Both the position numbers and the translations under genes were made by a program. The notes below the pieces were generated by a model that was given only the letters and a program-made list of their open reading frames with translations, ran no database searches and was not told where the DNA came from. Shown one piece after another: positions 1 through 12,549 of a stretch of 47,454 bases of DNA; the first letter of the stretch is position 1; every line of letters starts with the position of its first letter. The stretch spans positions 14,164,506-14,211,959 of the forward strand of contig JBOZIK010000001.1 of the NCBI GenBank assembly GCA_051453625.1, read 5' to 3'. This DNA is from Welwitschia mirabilis. Lineage: Eukaryota.

Positions 1-1099
1 TATTTTGGGAGTTCATGATGTTTTTTTTTCCCTTCCATGAATAACTAGTAGGAAGTACATCCTTATCTTTCATAAAGTTATGCTCTTCAATCTTATGGCC
101 AGACTTCCCACAAACCTGATAGGTTATGCTCTTACATGACTCGCTATTGTGCCCTCTCCTTTTACATTTTTCATGGACATGCTCCTTAGGCCTAAGGTAT
201 AACTTTTTGGCATGACCCATTTCGTTGCAATAGTTGCATGAACTATGTGGATTCTCATATTCCAATTTTATCTTCTCTATTTCAAAGTTGTGAATGATTT
301 GAAATTCTATAAAGATTTTGTTAACTCTCTAGCTATTCAAGCACAAAATCTGATGAGTATCATTCTTATTCTACTAAGAATTATTGGATCTAGTTTGATG
401 ACATCCCTAAACCAAATAACCATCAACCAAATAACCAAGGGTCTTTTACCCTTGTACTATTTAAACCTTATTTAGATTCAAACTTGAACAACACTAAACC
501 CTCAACTAGTGCAATAATTTAAATTGTTTAGATGTCTATCTAACTCAAAACTACCTAGTTTCTTATCACTTTCATGCATAGAGAATGTCTTGATGAAACA
601 AATTAACTAAATAAACTAAACTTCAACCTCTCATTTATGTTTATGTAGTGCTAATAAGAGGCTTTTATTTTGAACCTTCCCCTTTTCATGAAAAGTTTCA
701 TAACTAAAAAAGTCATTTAAAAGAACTGCAAAAAATAACTTCCATGAAAATGCATATCAAATGTGCTTTTGCTGCTCTTGCTACACATAGGACGAGGCCT
801 GAGCCCTTTCTTTTCACCTTCTCTTCTATGCTTTTTCAGTAGGGATTTTCTCTCTATCCATCCCTTATTGCTTTTCTTCCAATTACTGTTATAAGGCGTG
901 CTAGCTCCAAAGACTCACTGACTCACCGATGCCAGAAAAACTCTTTGAGGCTTCTACTTATCTCCACCTCCTTTGCTTTTTTGTAATACTCCACGAGTTG
1001 TCCATTGCTCCTACCTATGATCCCACTCTCTTGCTTAAGGACTCACTCTACTCACTAGCCTCATTTTCCTATTTTCAAAAAATTAGCTTTCAATACAAT

Positions 1100-4000
1100 T
1101 CTAAATAATAATTATGTTAATGATGAACAAGGTTGATGGAGAGGATTAGAGAGGGAGGAAAGCTAACGTTTGGGTAAGAGGATCAGATCGAGGATAGTAG
1201 GCACAAAGGATGACTTGTGAAGGCCCACATCAAAGAGGTGGTTTATGGGGCTCAAGCGGGAGTCCCTTCCTCTAAAGAATTTTTTCGTTTAGCATCATTG
1301 GCTTTTCCTTCTGAAAGAGAAAGAGGAACTGGCAAGAAAGGATAAGAAAGAAGTGAACTAAAGCAATCCTTAATGAAATATTTAAGCTTAGAAGAAGAAA
1401 GGTCAAGTCAACATGTCCACATTGCATGTTTAGCACAGGTGTGTTGGAAATGAGTTCCATTAAAGTAAGTTTTTCTTTTAAATATCTGAAGATGGGTTCT
1501 TTTGCTATGATATTCTTCTAAGATGTGAAAATTTCAAGACAAAATCCTCTCCTAAGTACTACATAGATATGGAGAAGAGGATAAAATTTAACTTTATTAG
1601 TATATTTGTTTCATCTAAATATAATCCAAACATGAAAGTGATTATAAAGTTAGTTGCACTAAGGTGAATAATAATCTTGGAAATTCAAGTTATAACACTA
1701 AAAGAGGGCTTACTCCTATTAATAGTTTAATATAAATAGGACATAAATAACATAATGGTAAAAGGCTTCCCTTTTTAATTCACACAGGGCTTTAACTTGG
1801 CAAGATGAAATCTAGGGGAGGATTTTGAAAAACTATTCCAAAAAATATCATTCTAGATTAAGTCAAGAGGAATAAGTTTAACCCTCTGGAATCAAGTCTT
1901 TATATAGGAAAGTGCAACATAATTTAGAGACATTATCAAGTTAGACCCTGTAACATGCAATAAGACAAGAATAGTGCTAATAAGATAATGTTCTTAGATT
2001 GATCTAGAACTAGGAAATAAGAGACTTCAAAGTCATTCATAGCTTCAAAACTAACCGAGTAAAACTAGAATGTTAGAACCATCCTAGGCCATGCAACTAA
2101 CACAAAATAATGAAGCACACAAAAAGGTATTGCCTCAAGCTAAAAGAACTCGTTCACAAAAGGTGCAGAAAAAGGGCACATATGTACAAGGTATGTGAAA
2201 ACATGGCCTATCAGGTTTGTGAAAAGTGTAGGCAGGTAACAGAAGAATGGAGGTATAAAAAAGATAACAATAACTTCTAACACTTCTGAGAAGAAGAAAA
2301 TTAAATACAATGATTAAACCACAAAGTAAAAGTGAAATAAAAGTTCAAAAATAAAACCAAGTTCCTGAACATAATAAAAAGGAGAATCCCCATTACCAAA
2401 GCCTAGTCAATAGGATAGATCTCAAAACATTTTTCCAAATAGATTCTCAACCTTAACGAGTAATGACTCAGGTAACTTCGATATAGAGTTGAAAAGTGGA
2501 AATAAAGTTGGAAAAAAAATTTTTAAAAAAAATTGGGGAGACCATAAAGAATTAACAAAGAATAAAAGAAAGCAATAGAAAATATTACAAATGGGTCTTA
2601 AGAAACACTTTTAGAGATGGTGAAAACCTTTGAAGGATAAACTAAACAAGGATTAAGAGTTAGAACATTAGGGGCATACAAACTACCAAAAAACTCAAGC
2701 GTTAAGGTTACCTTATGAAAAGATTAGCCCAAATATAATATGTTTATAAAAAAACAAAAGATCATTCAAAGGATTGTTTTATAATATATAAACAACACTA
2801 GAATATTAAATGGAAACCAAGTAAAGAAAAAATAGGATACTGCAACCTTCTTCGAGAAGGAAACCCAATAGAAAAGGATTGAAAGAAAAAGGAAACTCAA
2901 TAGAAAAGGATTGAAAGAAATAAAAGGCTTTAAATATTGGAAATAAAAGATTTGTTGTTTAGTTAACAATCACCACCCACAAAAAATAAAAGAAAGAATA
3001 AGATTATAGAAAAAACTAGAACATAAACTAGTTGGGAGAAAATTTCTTAATAATACATCATATCACTCAAACGTATTTTGAATGGGTAAAACAGGGGGCT
3101 AAAGTGGAATCCTATAGAAGATGAGGATCTTGAATTCCTAATAATAAACCTAAACATGATCGACTTACTGATAGATAAAATTCAATTCACATGATCAAAC
3201 AAAAGGAAATTAAAAAATAGCATCTTATTTAAAATAGAAAGGCACTGATCATAATGGATTGGGTAAAACAAACAAAATGGCTACTGGAAGGGAAATGAAT
3301 ATGATGTTCAAACTGCTAACCAATTCTACCTTTAGGAAAAAAAAGAGATCAAGAAGGGTTGATTCACTTTTGAAAACACCTTCCTTTCAAAAACAAAGTT
3401 GGAAGAGTTTGCGAAAAACAATTGGGTTGTGTAGGAAAGTGAGCTAGTGAAAAAAATTCCAAGAAAGGTTGGAATCTAAAAAGCAATGATTAAAGTAGTT
3501 GAGTAGGAAAAGAAGAAACAATATAAACTAGAAAGATAAATTAAATCATGTTTTAAGAGAGATACAAAAATGACAAGAAGAAGGACAAGACCCACAAGAT
3601 GAGAAAAGACAAAATCTTAGGGAACTACATAACATTAAAACACAAGAAGAGATATACTAAAGACAAATAGCCCACATTAACTGATAAAGAATGGGATAAG
3701 CACATTCAATTTTTCTTCAACTTAGTAAACTGAAGAAGGCATCAACACTTCATAAAGGAGGTCAGTTGGGCTAAGAGTACCTATTCAACAGATGGGTTAC
3801 ACAAAGTATTCTTACATAGTTTTTAACGATTATTCAAACAAATGAATATATAGAAATATCAAATGCTTTTGCAAACTCTAGCACAAATAACTGGAGAGGG
3901 AAACACCACCTAAAACCCTTAGATAAAACTCTAGGACAAATACATGTTGAGGCAAAATTCCCCTTAAACCCTTACATAAATATGAGGTGTAGAAGACTAT

Positions 4001-6136
4001 AAAAACTATAAAGCTAAATAAGAGTCCCAATTTAGACAGGTGGACAATTGATTTCTTTAGAAAGTATTAGCAACATATGAGAAGAATTAATATAGGTGGC
4101 AAACCATCAATTTTTCAAGAACAACAAGATCAACTTGATCACAAAAAAGGCAAAACCTGTATGTGTAGAACTTCAAACCAATTCAAGTTTGTAACATAGT
4201 ATATATACTATTCTTAAAAATATTGGTAAAGAAAATTCACCCATCCCCACAAGATAGTGATGCCTAACTAGGTTGGGCATATGAAAGGTAAAAGTATCTT
4301 AAACCAAATAATTCTTAACCATGAAATCTTGCACTTTTTTCAAAAGACAAATATTCCATCATGTATTTTATATCTAGATATTAAAAAAAGAAACAAAATA
4401 TTAAAATAGTCTTTCTCAGAGTTTCATGGCCTATCTCCTAGAAAGAAAGCAATTTCTATCTTAGAGTTTCATGGCCTATCTACTGGAAAGAAAGCGATTC
4501 CCTAAAAATTTTAAGAAATTAGTTGTCCAAATGCAAAGAACAACTAGATTTAGTTTATAGCTACAGCAAAGTATGCATGGTTTTTTTTTTTTGGGAGTAA
4601 ACCAAATATTCAGAGTTCTTTAGAGTAAGGAGTCTAAATAAAAGAGATCCCCTTTCACCTTACCTCTTCATAATAATGCTTAATTGCTTTCAAGACTACA
4701 TAAGAGAAGAAAAAGGAACAAGTTTCATATTGTACAATAAGAACTACCTTTATCACCCCTCATTTTCTCAAAGGAAAACATGAAACAAATTCAAAGAATT
4801 AAGGAAGGTCTTCAAAGGTTTGATAGGGAATTGAAACTAAAAGTAAGTGAGGAAAACAGCAGTATACTACTAACACATGGAGAAGTATTCAACAACGGAC
4901 CAAAAAACTCCAAAGATCTAATAGGGGAACAAAATGAACAATCACCTAAGAATACCCACGTTCCATTAGAAGCACATCTGAACATGTTGTCACAGTTTAA
5001 AGTAACTATTCCTCTTAAGAGAGGCAAAGATTATAGTGGTAAATGTAGTTTTGACAATCATTGCTCAATATAGTGCATCCACTAGATTTCTATACAAAAA
5101 AAAGAAAAAAGTTTGATGAACAAAATAATTAGAACTTCAAGAAAGAAGGTAAAATAGTGCATGCACTAAAGCTTCTTAGAAAAGTAAAAAATATAATTAA
5201 TAGAATAATCAAGAACTTTATCTAGTAAAAAAGTAAAAGGGGCATTAGTAATCATGTAAGGAAATGGAAAGAGATATCAAGGCCTATGGAATGAGGAGGA
5301 TGAGGTATCCAAGACATTCAAGATAACAAACTTATTACATCAGTGAATATCATCATGAATATTGAAGCAAGGGATCCCCATGTAAAGAGTGGATAAAGTA
5401 TAGAGATTAAAAGGTACATCCCCCTTATAACATAGAGGAGTTAACCCTGAAAAATTATTTTCTTAAAAAGAAGATAAGAAAAGAAGTAAAATACTATGGG
5501 ATACGAAAACCTACACAAGAAGTGGAATTTAACAAATTGATGTGACTATTGAAAAATTAATTGAGAAAATAAAAACTTGGTATCTTACAAAAATAAGGGG
5601 AAAGGATGAAGTTTTGTTGAATAATAAAGAAGTTATTTCAATAGGGCTCTTACTTAGCAAATAAAAAATTATCTAAGAGACATATAAGAGAAATGTACGA
5701 TAGGAAAACTTATGGTTTTAAAATGGATGTAAATGTGATGTCATAGTGATGGATTCATTTTTATACATGCATCATTAGCTTCTATCAATATATGTAGAAA
5801 AAGTAAGAAACAATTAAAGGAACGAAATTATGAAGATAAGAAGAGGACTACAAAAATCTTATAAGGTTTTTATGAAAAATAAAGTACAAAGGAATTACAA
5901 GGATGAATATGCATAATTAAGGATGTGTGTTTGCAAGTGTGCCTTATGAAAACTAAATCCATAACTTGAAAGCCATGATTTAAAGCATGTATGTGTAACA
6001 CATTAATTTTCTATAATAAAAAGAGACTATTCATATTTCTTATTTGACAATCTGAAGAAATATAAACTGAGATGAACCAAAGTGCTTAAAAGAGGATTAT
6101 GTGATCTAACAATATATTTTAATATATAGTGATGCA
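1100..6136 (+). mobile_element. Degenerate L1-type LINE retrotransposon (ORF1 DUF4283/zinc knuckle; ORF2 endonuclease-RT-zf), many stops and frameshifts
   Basis: Decayed motifs appear in the expected order: ORF1 'IKLDPVT...IDL' (~1935-2010) and a CxxCxxxGH-like knuckle (~2155-2200); endonuclease WNIRG-like (~2660), 'IDL...FT*SNKR' (~3160-3210) and 'IERALI..DW' (~3233-3262); RT 'KSPxLDRWTIDFFRKY*' (~4020-4070), 'LITKK.KP...NFKPI' (~4135-4185), 'SILNQIILNHEILH' (~4293-4335), 'RDPLSPYLFII' (=GDPLSPYLF, ~4643-4676); zf-RVT-like (~5725-5770). The ends are approximate and the 3' end runs into a gap. Confidence 0.85.
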
Positions 6137-6907
6137 NNNNNNNNNNNNNNNNNNNNNNNNNNNNNNNNNNNNNNNNNNNNNNNNNNNNNNNNNNNNNNNN
6201 NNNNNNNNNNNNNNNNNNNNNNNNNNNNNNNNNNNNNNNNNNNNNNNNNNNNNNNNNNNNNNNNNNNNNNNNNNNNNNNNNNNNNNNNNNNNNNNNNNNN
6301 NNNNNNNNNNNNNNNNNNNNNNNNNNNNNNNNNNNNNNNNNNNNNNNNNNNNNNNNNNNNNNNNNNNNNNNNNNNNNNNNNNNNNNNNNNNNNNNNNNNN
6401 NNNNNNNNNNNNNNNNNNNNNNNNNNNNNNNNNNNNNNNNNNNNNNNNNNNNNNNNNNNNNNNNNNNNNNNNNNNNNNNNNNNNNNNNNNNNNNNNNNNN
6501 NNNNNNNNNNNNNNNNNNNNNNNNNNNNNNNNNNNNNNNNNNNNNNNNNNNNNNNNNNNNNNNNNNNNNNNNNNNNNNNNNNNNNNNNNNNNNNNNNNNN
6601 NNNNNNNNNNNNNNNNNNNNNNNNNNNNNNNNNNNNNNNNNNNNNNNNNNNNNNNNNNNNNNNNNNNNNNNNNNNNNNNNNNNNNNNNNNNNNNNNNNNN
6701 NNNNNNNNNNNNNNNNNNNNNNNNNNNNNNNNNNNNNNNNNNNNNNNNNNNNNNNNNNNNNNNNNNNNNNNNNNNNNNNNNNNNNNNNNNNNNNNNNNNN
6801 NNNNNNNNNNNNNNNNNNNNNNNNNNNNNNNNNNNNNNNNNNNNNNNNNNNNNNNNNNNNNNNNNNNNNNNNNNNNNNNNNNNNNNNNNNNNNNNNNNNN
6901 NNNNNNN
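6137..6907. other. Assembly gap (N run). The other gaps are 29270-29338, 35403-36120, 46112-46523 and 46825-46924
   Basis: Runs of n in the sequence; the X-filled ORFs in the track come from these gaps. Confidence 1.
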
Positions 6908-7261
6908 TTGTAAATGAGTTTATAATATAATAAATTCTATTATGAAGCCTAGCTTATTCATAATACAAAAAAAAATAAAGGACAAGGTTCTAATGGTGGT
7001 TGGATTAAGGAGAAGGGGATTTAAAGTCACAGAGACCTATGGGAAGTGCCAAAGACCACTAAGCATCTCTTTCGGTATTATCTACTTGTGACAAAAGTGT
7101 GACAAGGTTTCAAAAGGGGAAAAAGAGTGCCTATGTTGAACTCGATTAGAAAACATGAAAAGTAGGTTTTTCATTTATCTAGCTAGCAAGACACAGGAGA
7201 GTTTTCAAGAGGGAAAATTCAGCCATGCAAGGTATCCTTTAGTAAATCTATCAAAGAATAG

Positions 7262-7708
7262 AAAAGTTGAAGCTACAAGGGAAATGGAAAACACCCTTAA
7301 TTTGAGCCAAAGGAAGTGGGGAAATACAAGGGAAATGCACAACTTTGACAAAGACTCCAAGCAATGGGTTAGACATGTTTAACAGACTCTAAGGGAAAGA
7401 CCAATTCCAAAACAAGAAAAGGCATATCAAATGGCAACTGTGAAGTTGAAAACTAACAAGCAAAAAAATTAGAACACAAAAAAAATTCTTTATTACGTCC
7501 ATCAAAAGGATAAGCCAAAGCTACAAGGAGAATGGGAAACACCCTCAGTTAAACCAAAGGAAGCAAAAAAAATATAAGGTAAATATGTAACTCTAGCAAA
7601 GGATCCAAGCAATAGGTTGGACACATGTGATGGACCTAAAATGTGACCCCACTTTTAAGATAAGAAAAGGCATAAATATTGGCAAGGTTGTAATTTGAAA
7701 CCAACATA
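7262..7708. repeat. Diverged tandem duplication, period ~250 bp
   Basis: aagctacaagg...ccaaaggaag...ccaagcaat...aagaaaaggcata occurs at ~7270-7460 and again at ~7518-7708. Confidence 0.8.
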
Positions 7709-8311
7709 TACCCATGAAGCCGAGGCAAATCACTGAGACAACTAGTCTTGCTCATAAGTAAAGACCGATTTCCCTTCTTTTACAAGATACAATCAATTGA
7801 TAAGTTTTTTGCGAAAGAAACCCCCAAAAACAAAAAAAAGATATTGAATTTTTTCCTTTTTAAAAAAAAGGCAAAGCTATAAACCATATATTTTAGCCAT
7901 GGAATTTATTGGCACATATTGATACAAGACAGAAATCACTCCAAATTGAAAAGATTACACTTTACCTTTTTGGTTTTTTTGGTTTGTCCATATAGAAGGA
8001 AAATAGATTTGCCAAACTTTCTTAAACAAAAGCTAAGAAGAGTATTCAAAAAAAGCATTCAAAGACTAATTAAGAAAGTCATCGATTTCTTAAAAGCTCA
8101 AAACTTGCTGAAGTATCCACCATACAGTAATGAAGAAACTTGCTAAGGAAGAACAAAGGGATTCAAAATCCCATCAAATAAAATAAAAGCCAAGGTATTT
8201 AAAAGAATCACCAATAATGACAAAATCAATGCTCTAATGAAAAATCCAACCATAGAAAACCCCAATCCCTTTATAACCTGAGAACGCTCTAAAAGAAGAC
8301 CCCTCTAATGA

Positions 8312-8780
8312 GAAGTGAACCCTAGAAATGATCATCCTCAATAACACTGAGTAGCCAATGGAGGATAAAAATATAGAAGACGATAGGCATAAAAATTCAC
8401 CCATGTTTTAAATTAGCATGTAGAGGAATCAAAGGAGAGGATGTGAAAGTTGGAGAAAGTCAAAGCTGAGAAAAAGTTGAGAAGAAGCTAGAGGAGTATC
8501 ACAATACCAATAACATCATCATCAACATCACCACCAAAGCCTAAGACAAAAGCCTAAAGAGGAGTGAACCCTAAAAATGATCATCCTTAACAACACTAAG
8601 TAGCCAATGGAGGTTAAACATATAGAAGAGGAGAGGCATAAAAATTCACCCATGTGTCAAATTAACATGTAGAGGAATCAAAGGAGGATGTGAAAGTTGG
8701 AGAAAGTCAAAGCTAAGAAGAAGCTGGAAGAGTCTCATAGTACCAACAACATCATCATCAACATCACCACCAAAGCCTAA
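8312..8780. repeat. Tandem duplication, unit ~220-230 bp, period ~250 bp
   Basis: agtgaaccct...gtagccaatggagg...aaaattcacccatg...catcatcatcaacatcaccaccaaagcctaa occurs at 8312-8543 and 8562-8780. Confidence 0.9.
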
Positions 8781-9510
8781 AAGAGGAGTCCCCACAAAAA
8801 GAAGACAGAGGCAGGAGATGAGGTTTAAACTACAAGTAACCTACCACAAAAATGAAACAAAGTATGACAAACTACTAACAAATAAAAACTAGAAAAAACA
8901 TTACACCAAATTACGCCTTAAAGAATATGCACTAGAGTAGGCTATTGGGTTGAATAACACAAAGCACAAAGGACATCTTAAAACGTAAGCAGACCAAATC
9001 CACTACTACAAGGACAAACTGACAATGCGATATTTAAGGTGATGGTATTGGTTTTCCTCAATGTCTTTTGTTTAGATCATCTTCCATTAAATCACCTCAA
9101 TTACATAAGAAAAAGAGACCCTCTTTTATCAACATAAAGGCTTCACCAACCAATGACTCTTGTTTTTTAAAACTCTTTTTGGAATCTATAACATAATTGA
9201 ATACAAGCAATTAGTTTTTCAAATTATATATACACATATATACATGCACACATATACTTGTATCAAATTTCTAAATTAAAATTCCCCTTGCAAAAACACA
9301 TATGCCCTATAAATAAGCATTTAATCTATGAATAGAAATTTTATCTATAATGTGGATCTAAGTTACAATGCAACTATCCACAATCATCTTAAATTCCTAA
9401 ATAATAATTTCCCTTACATACACAAATAAAACATACCATTAAAAATTTCACCTACAATGGAATGTTTTGCACTTAAAAATTTAGCTTCCAATATAATTAT
9501 AAGTAATTAT

Positions 9511-10168
9511 GTTAAACTTCTAAATAGGAAATTCCATTGCAAACATAAATAAAACCTAAAAATAAAAATATAACCTACAAATAAAAGTTTCATGTACAAT
9601 GAATACGTATCTTAAAAGTTTTACATGATTAAATTAGATTTTTAAAATGTATACACTAAAAAATAAAGCCGCTAGTAATAAGAACTTCAACTATGACCAA
9701 AAAAAGAAAAAAAACTATGAACTTTAAAAGCTCTCGTTCAAACAACATTAAGATGTTAAAGTACTTATAAGGTTTAAAATAAACAATACATCAAAACAAT
9801 TTCAAAATCAAAACATTTTTAAATTATCCATTTTAAATCCCCAAATATAGATATTTAAGTTAAATTTCTAAATAGGAAATTCCATTACAAACATAAATAA
9901 AACCTAAAATGAAAATTTAACCCACAAATAAAAGTTTTACCATAAACACATCTTAAAATTTTGACATGATTAAGGAAGTTAGATTTTTAAAGCTTATATC
10001 CTAACAAATAAAGCCACTAGTAAAAAGAACTTCAACTGTGACAAAAGAAACTTATGAATTTTAAAAGCTTTCATTGAAACAACACTAAGATGTTAAATTA
10101 CTTATAAAGTTTATAACAAACAATCAAAACAATTTTTTTAAAGTATCCATTTTAAATCCATAAATATA
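9511..10168. repeat. AT-rich tandem duplication, period ~348 bp
   Basis: ttctaaataggaaattccatt...aaataaagcc.ctagtaa...aagaacttcaact...tatccattttaaatcc occurs at 9511-9850 and 9859-10168. Confidence 0.85.
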
Positions 10169-11197
10169 AAGAATAATTTATTTTAAAAATATAAATATAC
10201 CAAATATTCATCAATATTAATCAACCGAGTAATGTTCAATAGAATAATAATAGTAGTTTAAAAAACAAAAACAAAATTGATAATTCTCTCAACAAATCGT
10301 ACAACATGCGTTTCAACTCAAAAATATTTCAAGATTATTGACGTTTAAAATATAAATATAAATAATAATTTATTTTACAAATATAAATTTATTACATGTT
10401 CGTCAATATGTTGAGGTTCAATACCATGATAATAATTTAAAAACACAAAAAAAAAAATTTGGAGAACTCGCTTAACAAATTGTACATCATTTGTTTCAAT
10501 ACAATGATAACAGTTTGAAAATTATAAAAATGTGAGAATTTTCCACACAAATGGTACAAAATGCATTGTATTATCTAATCACTGAAACCGTTTCTTGTTA
10601 AAAATTTCCGAAAAACTAAATTTACATGTTAAATTTCTTTTAACTGAAGAAAAGTAGTTTTACCTATTAAATTTCTTTATGTGCCCTTTAAAATAACCAT
10701 TTTATCTTTTTAAAATCCATTCAAATTTATAATTTTACCCTTAAAAAATATATAAAGATAAAGCACAATTGATTTTGCAGAAATAAATATAAATAATATT
10801 CATCACTTGTAATCTTATCATTTATGAGATACATAAATAACAACTGATTTTTTCCTCAAGACAACCTAATAGTAAAGCACGACTCTCGCATCTTTGTCTT
10901 TGTGGTTGAGTTTTTCACAAAACTATTTCTTAAATTTTACAATTTTATTATTTACAAAAAAGTTATTGTATTGATTGACATCAAAGTTATTATGAATTTT
11001 CAGTTTTTTTAAAGAGATCTTCTAGATTAAACTAAACCCAAAAAATAAGAGCTTATTTCCATGTTGACTTTCAAACAATTTTAACTTATATTAAAACATT
11101 TTGTACACACGTACAAAAATGTATTACCTAGGCTGACATCATAAGTCATTTTGAGTAAATTTCTAACGTTTGTTTCACTCTTTTAATGTATTAAGAT

Positions 11198-11265
11198 CAA
11201 AATAAGGGGCCTCTGTCAAATCAAACCATACCAAAATAAGGGGCCTCTGTCAAATCAAACCATAC
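11198..11265. repeat. Perfect 34-bp tandem duplication
   Basis: caaaataaggggcctctgtcaaatcaaaccatac x2. Confidence 0.95.
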
Positions 11266-11350
11266 TTTAGTCTAGAATTTAACCTCACTCTTTGACCAAT
11301 CCTACCTATGATTTTTGTCTTTCTATAGACTTTGCATGTTCTCTTGTAAT

Positions 11351-12352
11351 CATGGTTGTGAAACTCGAACTCACACCAAACTCGTTTGGCTACCTAGACT
11401 TGACTCATTAGCTAAACTCAGCACGGCCAAAAAAGTTAGGTTTTTATATATTTTTTAAAAGAAAAAACATGTTTATGCATTCAACTAAGGCATAAAGCAC
11501 TTCTAAATATTAGAAAATGTTAAAATACATCATATTAAATATTAATATAACAAGTAGCTATGTTTGCCAAAAACTCAAAGTTGTCATTACTTATTACAAG
11601 CTACATGCTTACAATTATTTTAATTCATTATTTTTATGCTTACAATTATTTTGATTCATTATTTTTGTAAAGCAGTTACAATTCCTAAAGATACACAATG
11701 TCATTTTTTATAAACTTTTTTAAAACTCCTAAGCTACAAATGCTTTCCTACGCTTTCCTTACTTGCTTAATTTCAATGCAAGAAAAAGGCAAATACACAG
11801 AAAAGAGGGGGAAATGTGAAAAATAATATAGATTTTAACTTAAAAATTAATTCTAAACTTTTAGATACATCACATCATCTTCCATACCTAAAGAAAATGA
11901 CAACACACAATTATTTTATGCACAAAACATGATTATAAGAAACATTTTTGCATTTTTTTATGTTTATGCACTTTTTCTTGGTGTGAAAGAAAACACATAA
12001 CAACGGTAAAGAGAAGGGAATCACTAGTGGGTGACAAGAGTTATAATAATAATAATAATAATAATAATAATTTCAGCCCTGTAATTAAGTCTCTGAAATG
12101 ACTTTGAATGTTGATGCTTGAATGCCGACATTTGAATAATTGATGTTTCACACTTTCACCTCTTTTCAGCCCTTCTTTTTACCCATTTTTGTTTTATTTT
12201 TGAGCCCTCAAGACAAATAATGTTTCCTTAACTGTCTTAGGGTGTTTAAACCTTTAAAAAACCAATTTTTTAAACATTTTTTAATGCATCCACAAGTTTG
12301 GCGAGCGAGACACTCGCAAACTCGCCGAACTCACCAGTGTTTCACAACAATG
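11351..12352. mobile_element. Non-autonomous hAT-superfamily DNA transposon (MITE-like, 1002 bp)
   Basis: TIRs CATGGTTGTGAAAC (11351-11364) and GTTTCACAACAATG (12339-12352) match at 13/14. The 8-bp TSD is CTTGTAAT (11343-11350) / CTTGTAAC (12353-12360). Subterminal AACTC(G) repeats lie at both ends. The interior is AT-rich and non-coding, with an (AAT)n run near 12045-12071. Confidence 0.85.
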
Positions 12353-12549
12353 CTTGTAACTAATTCTAATTTTGAGGTCCCCCATTAATATTCTATTCAT
12401 CATTATAACTTTAAAGTATCCAAATTTCATCATATTAAGTGACATCACAGTTATTGAATAAATTTCCAAGCTTTTAAAATTTTTAGTACTAAACCCAACC
12501 ATATTGTAAGTTTATTGCTTCATTAGCTTTTAAGCATTCTAAAAAATCG

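Larger units (their letters stand above)
7000..8900 (-). mobile_element. Possible 5' region/ORF1 remnant of a retroelement with decayed zinc knuckles
   Basis: The minus strand at ~7385-7425 reads 'AFSCFGIGLSLRVC', like a decayed CxxCxxxGHxxxxC, and this unit is repeated about 250 bp away. No intact ORF. Confidence 0.3.

Noticed and set aside
6129-6917. Long X-filled ORFs (also 29170-29472, 35294-36216, 46042-46567, 46667-46987)
   Set aside because: They run through N gaps and are not real reading frames.
9047-9068. ATTGGTTTTCCTCAATGTCTTT resembling miR2275
   Set aside because: Central mismatches and no convincing star arm nearby.
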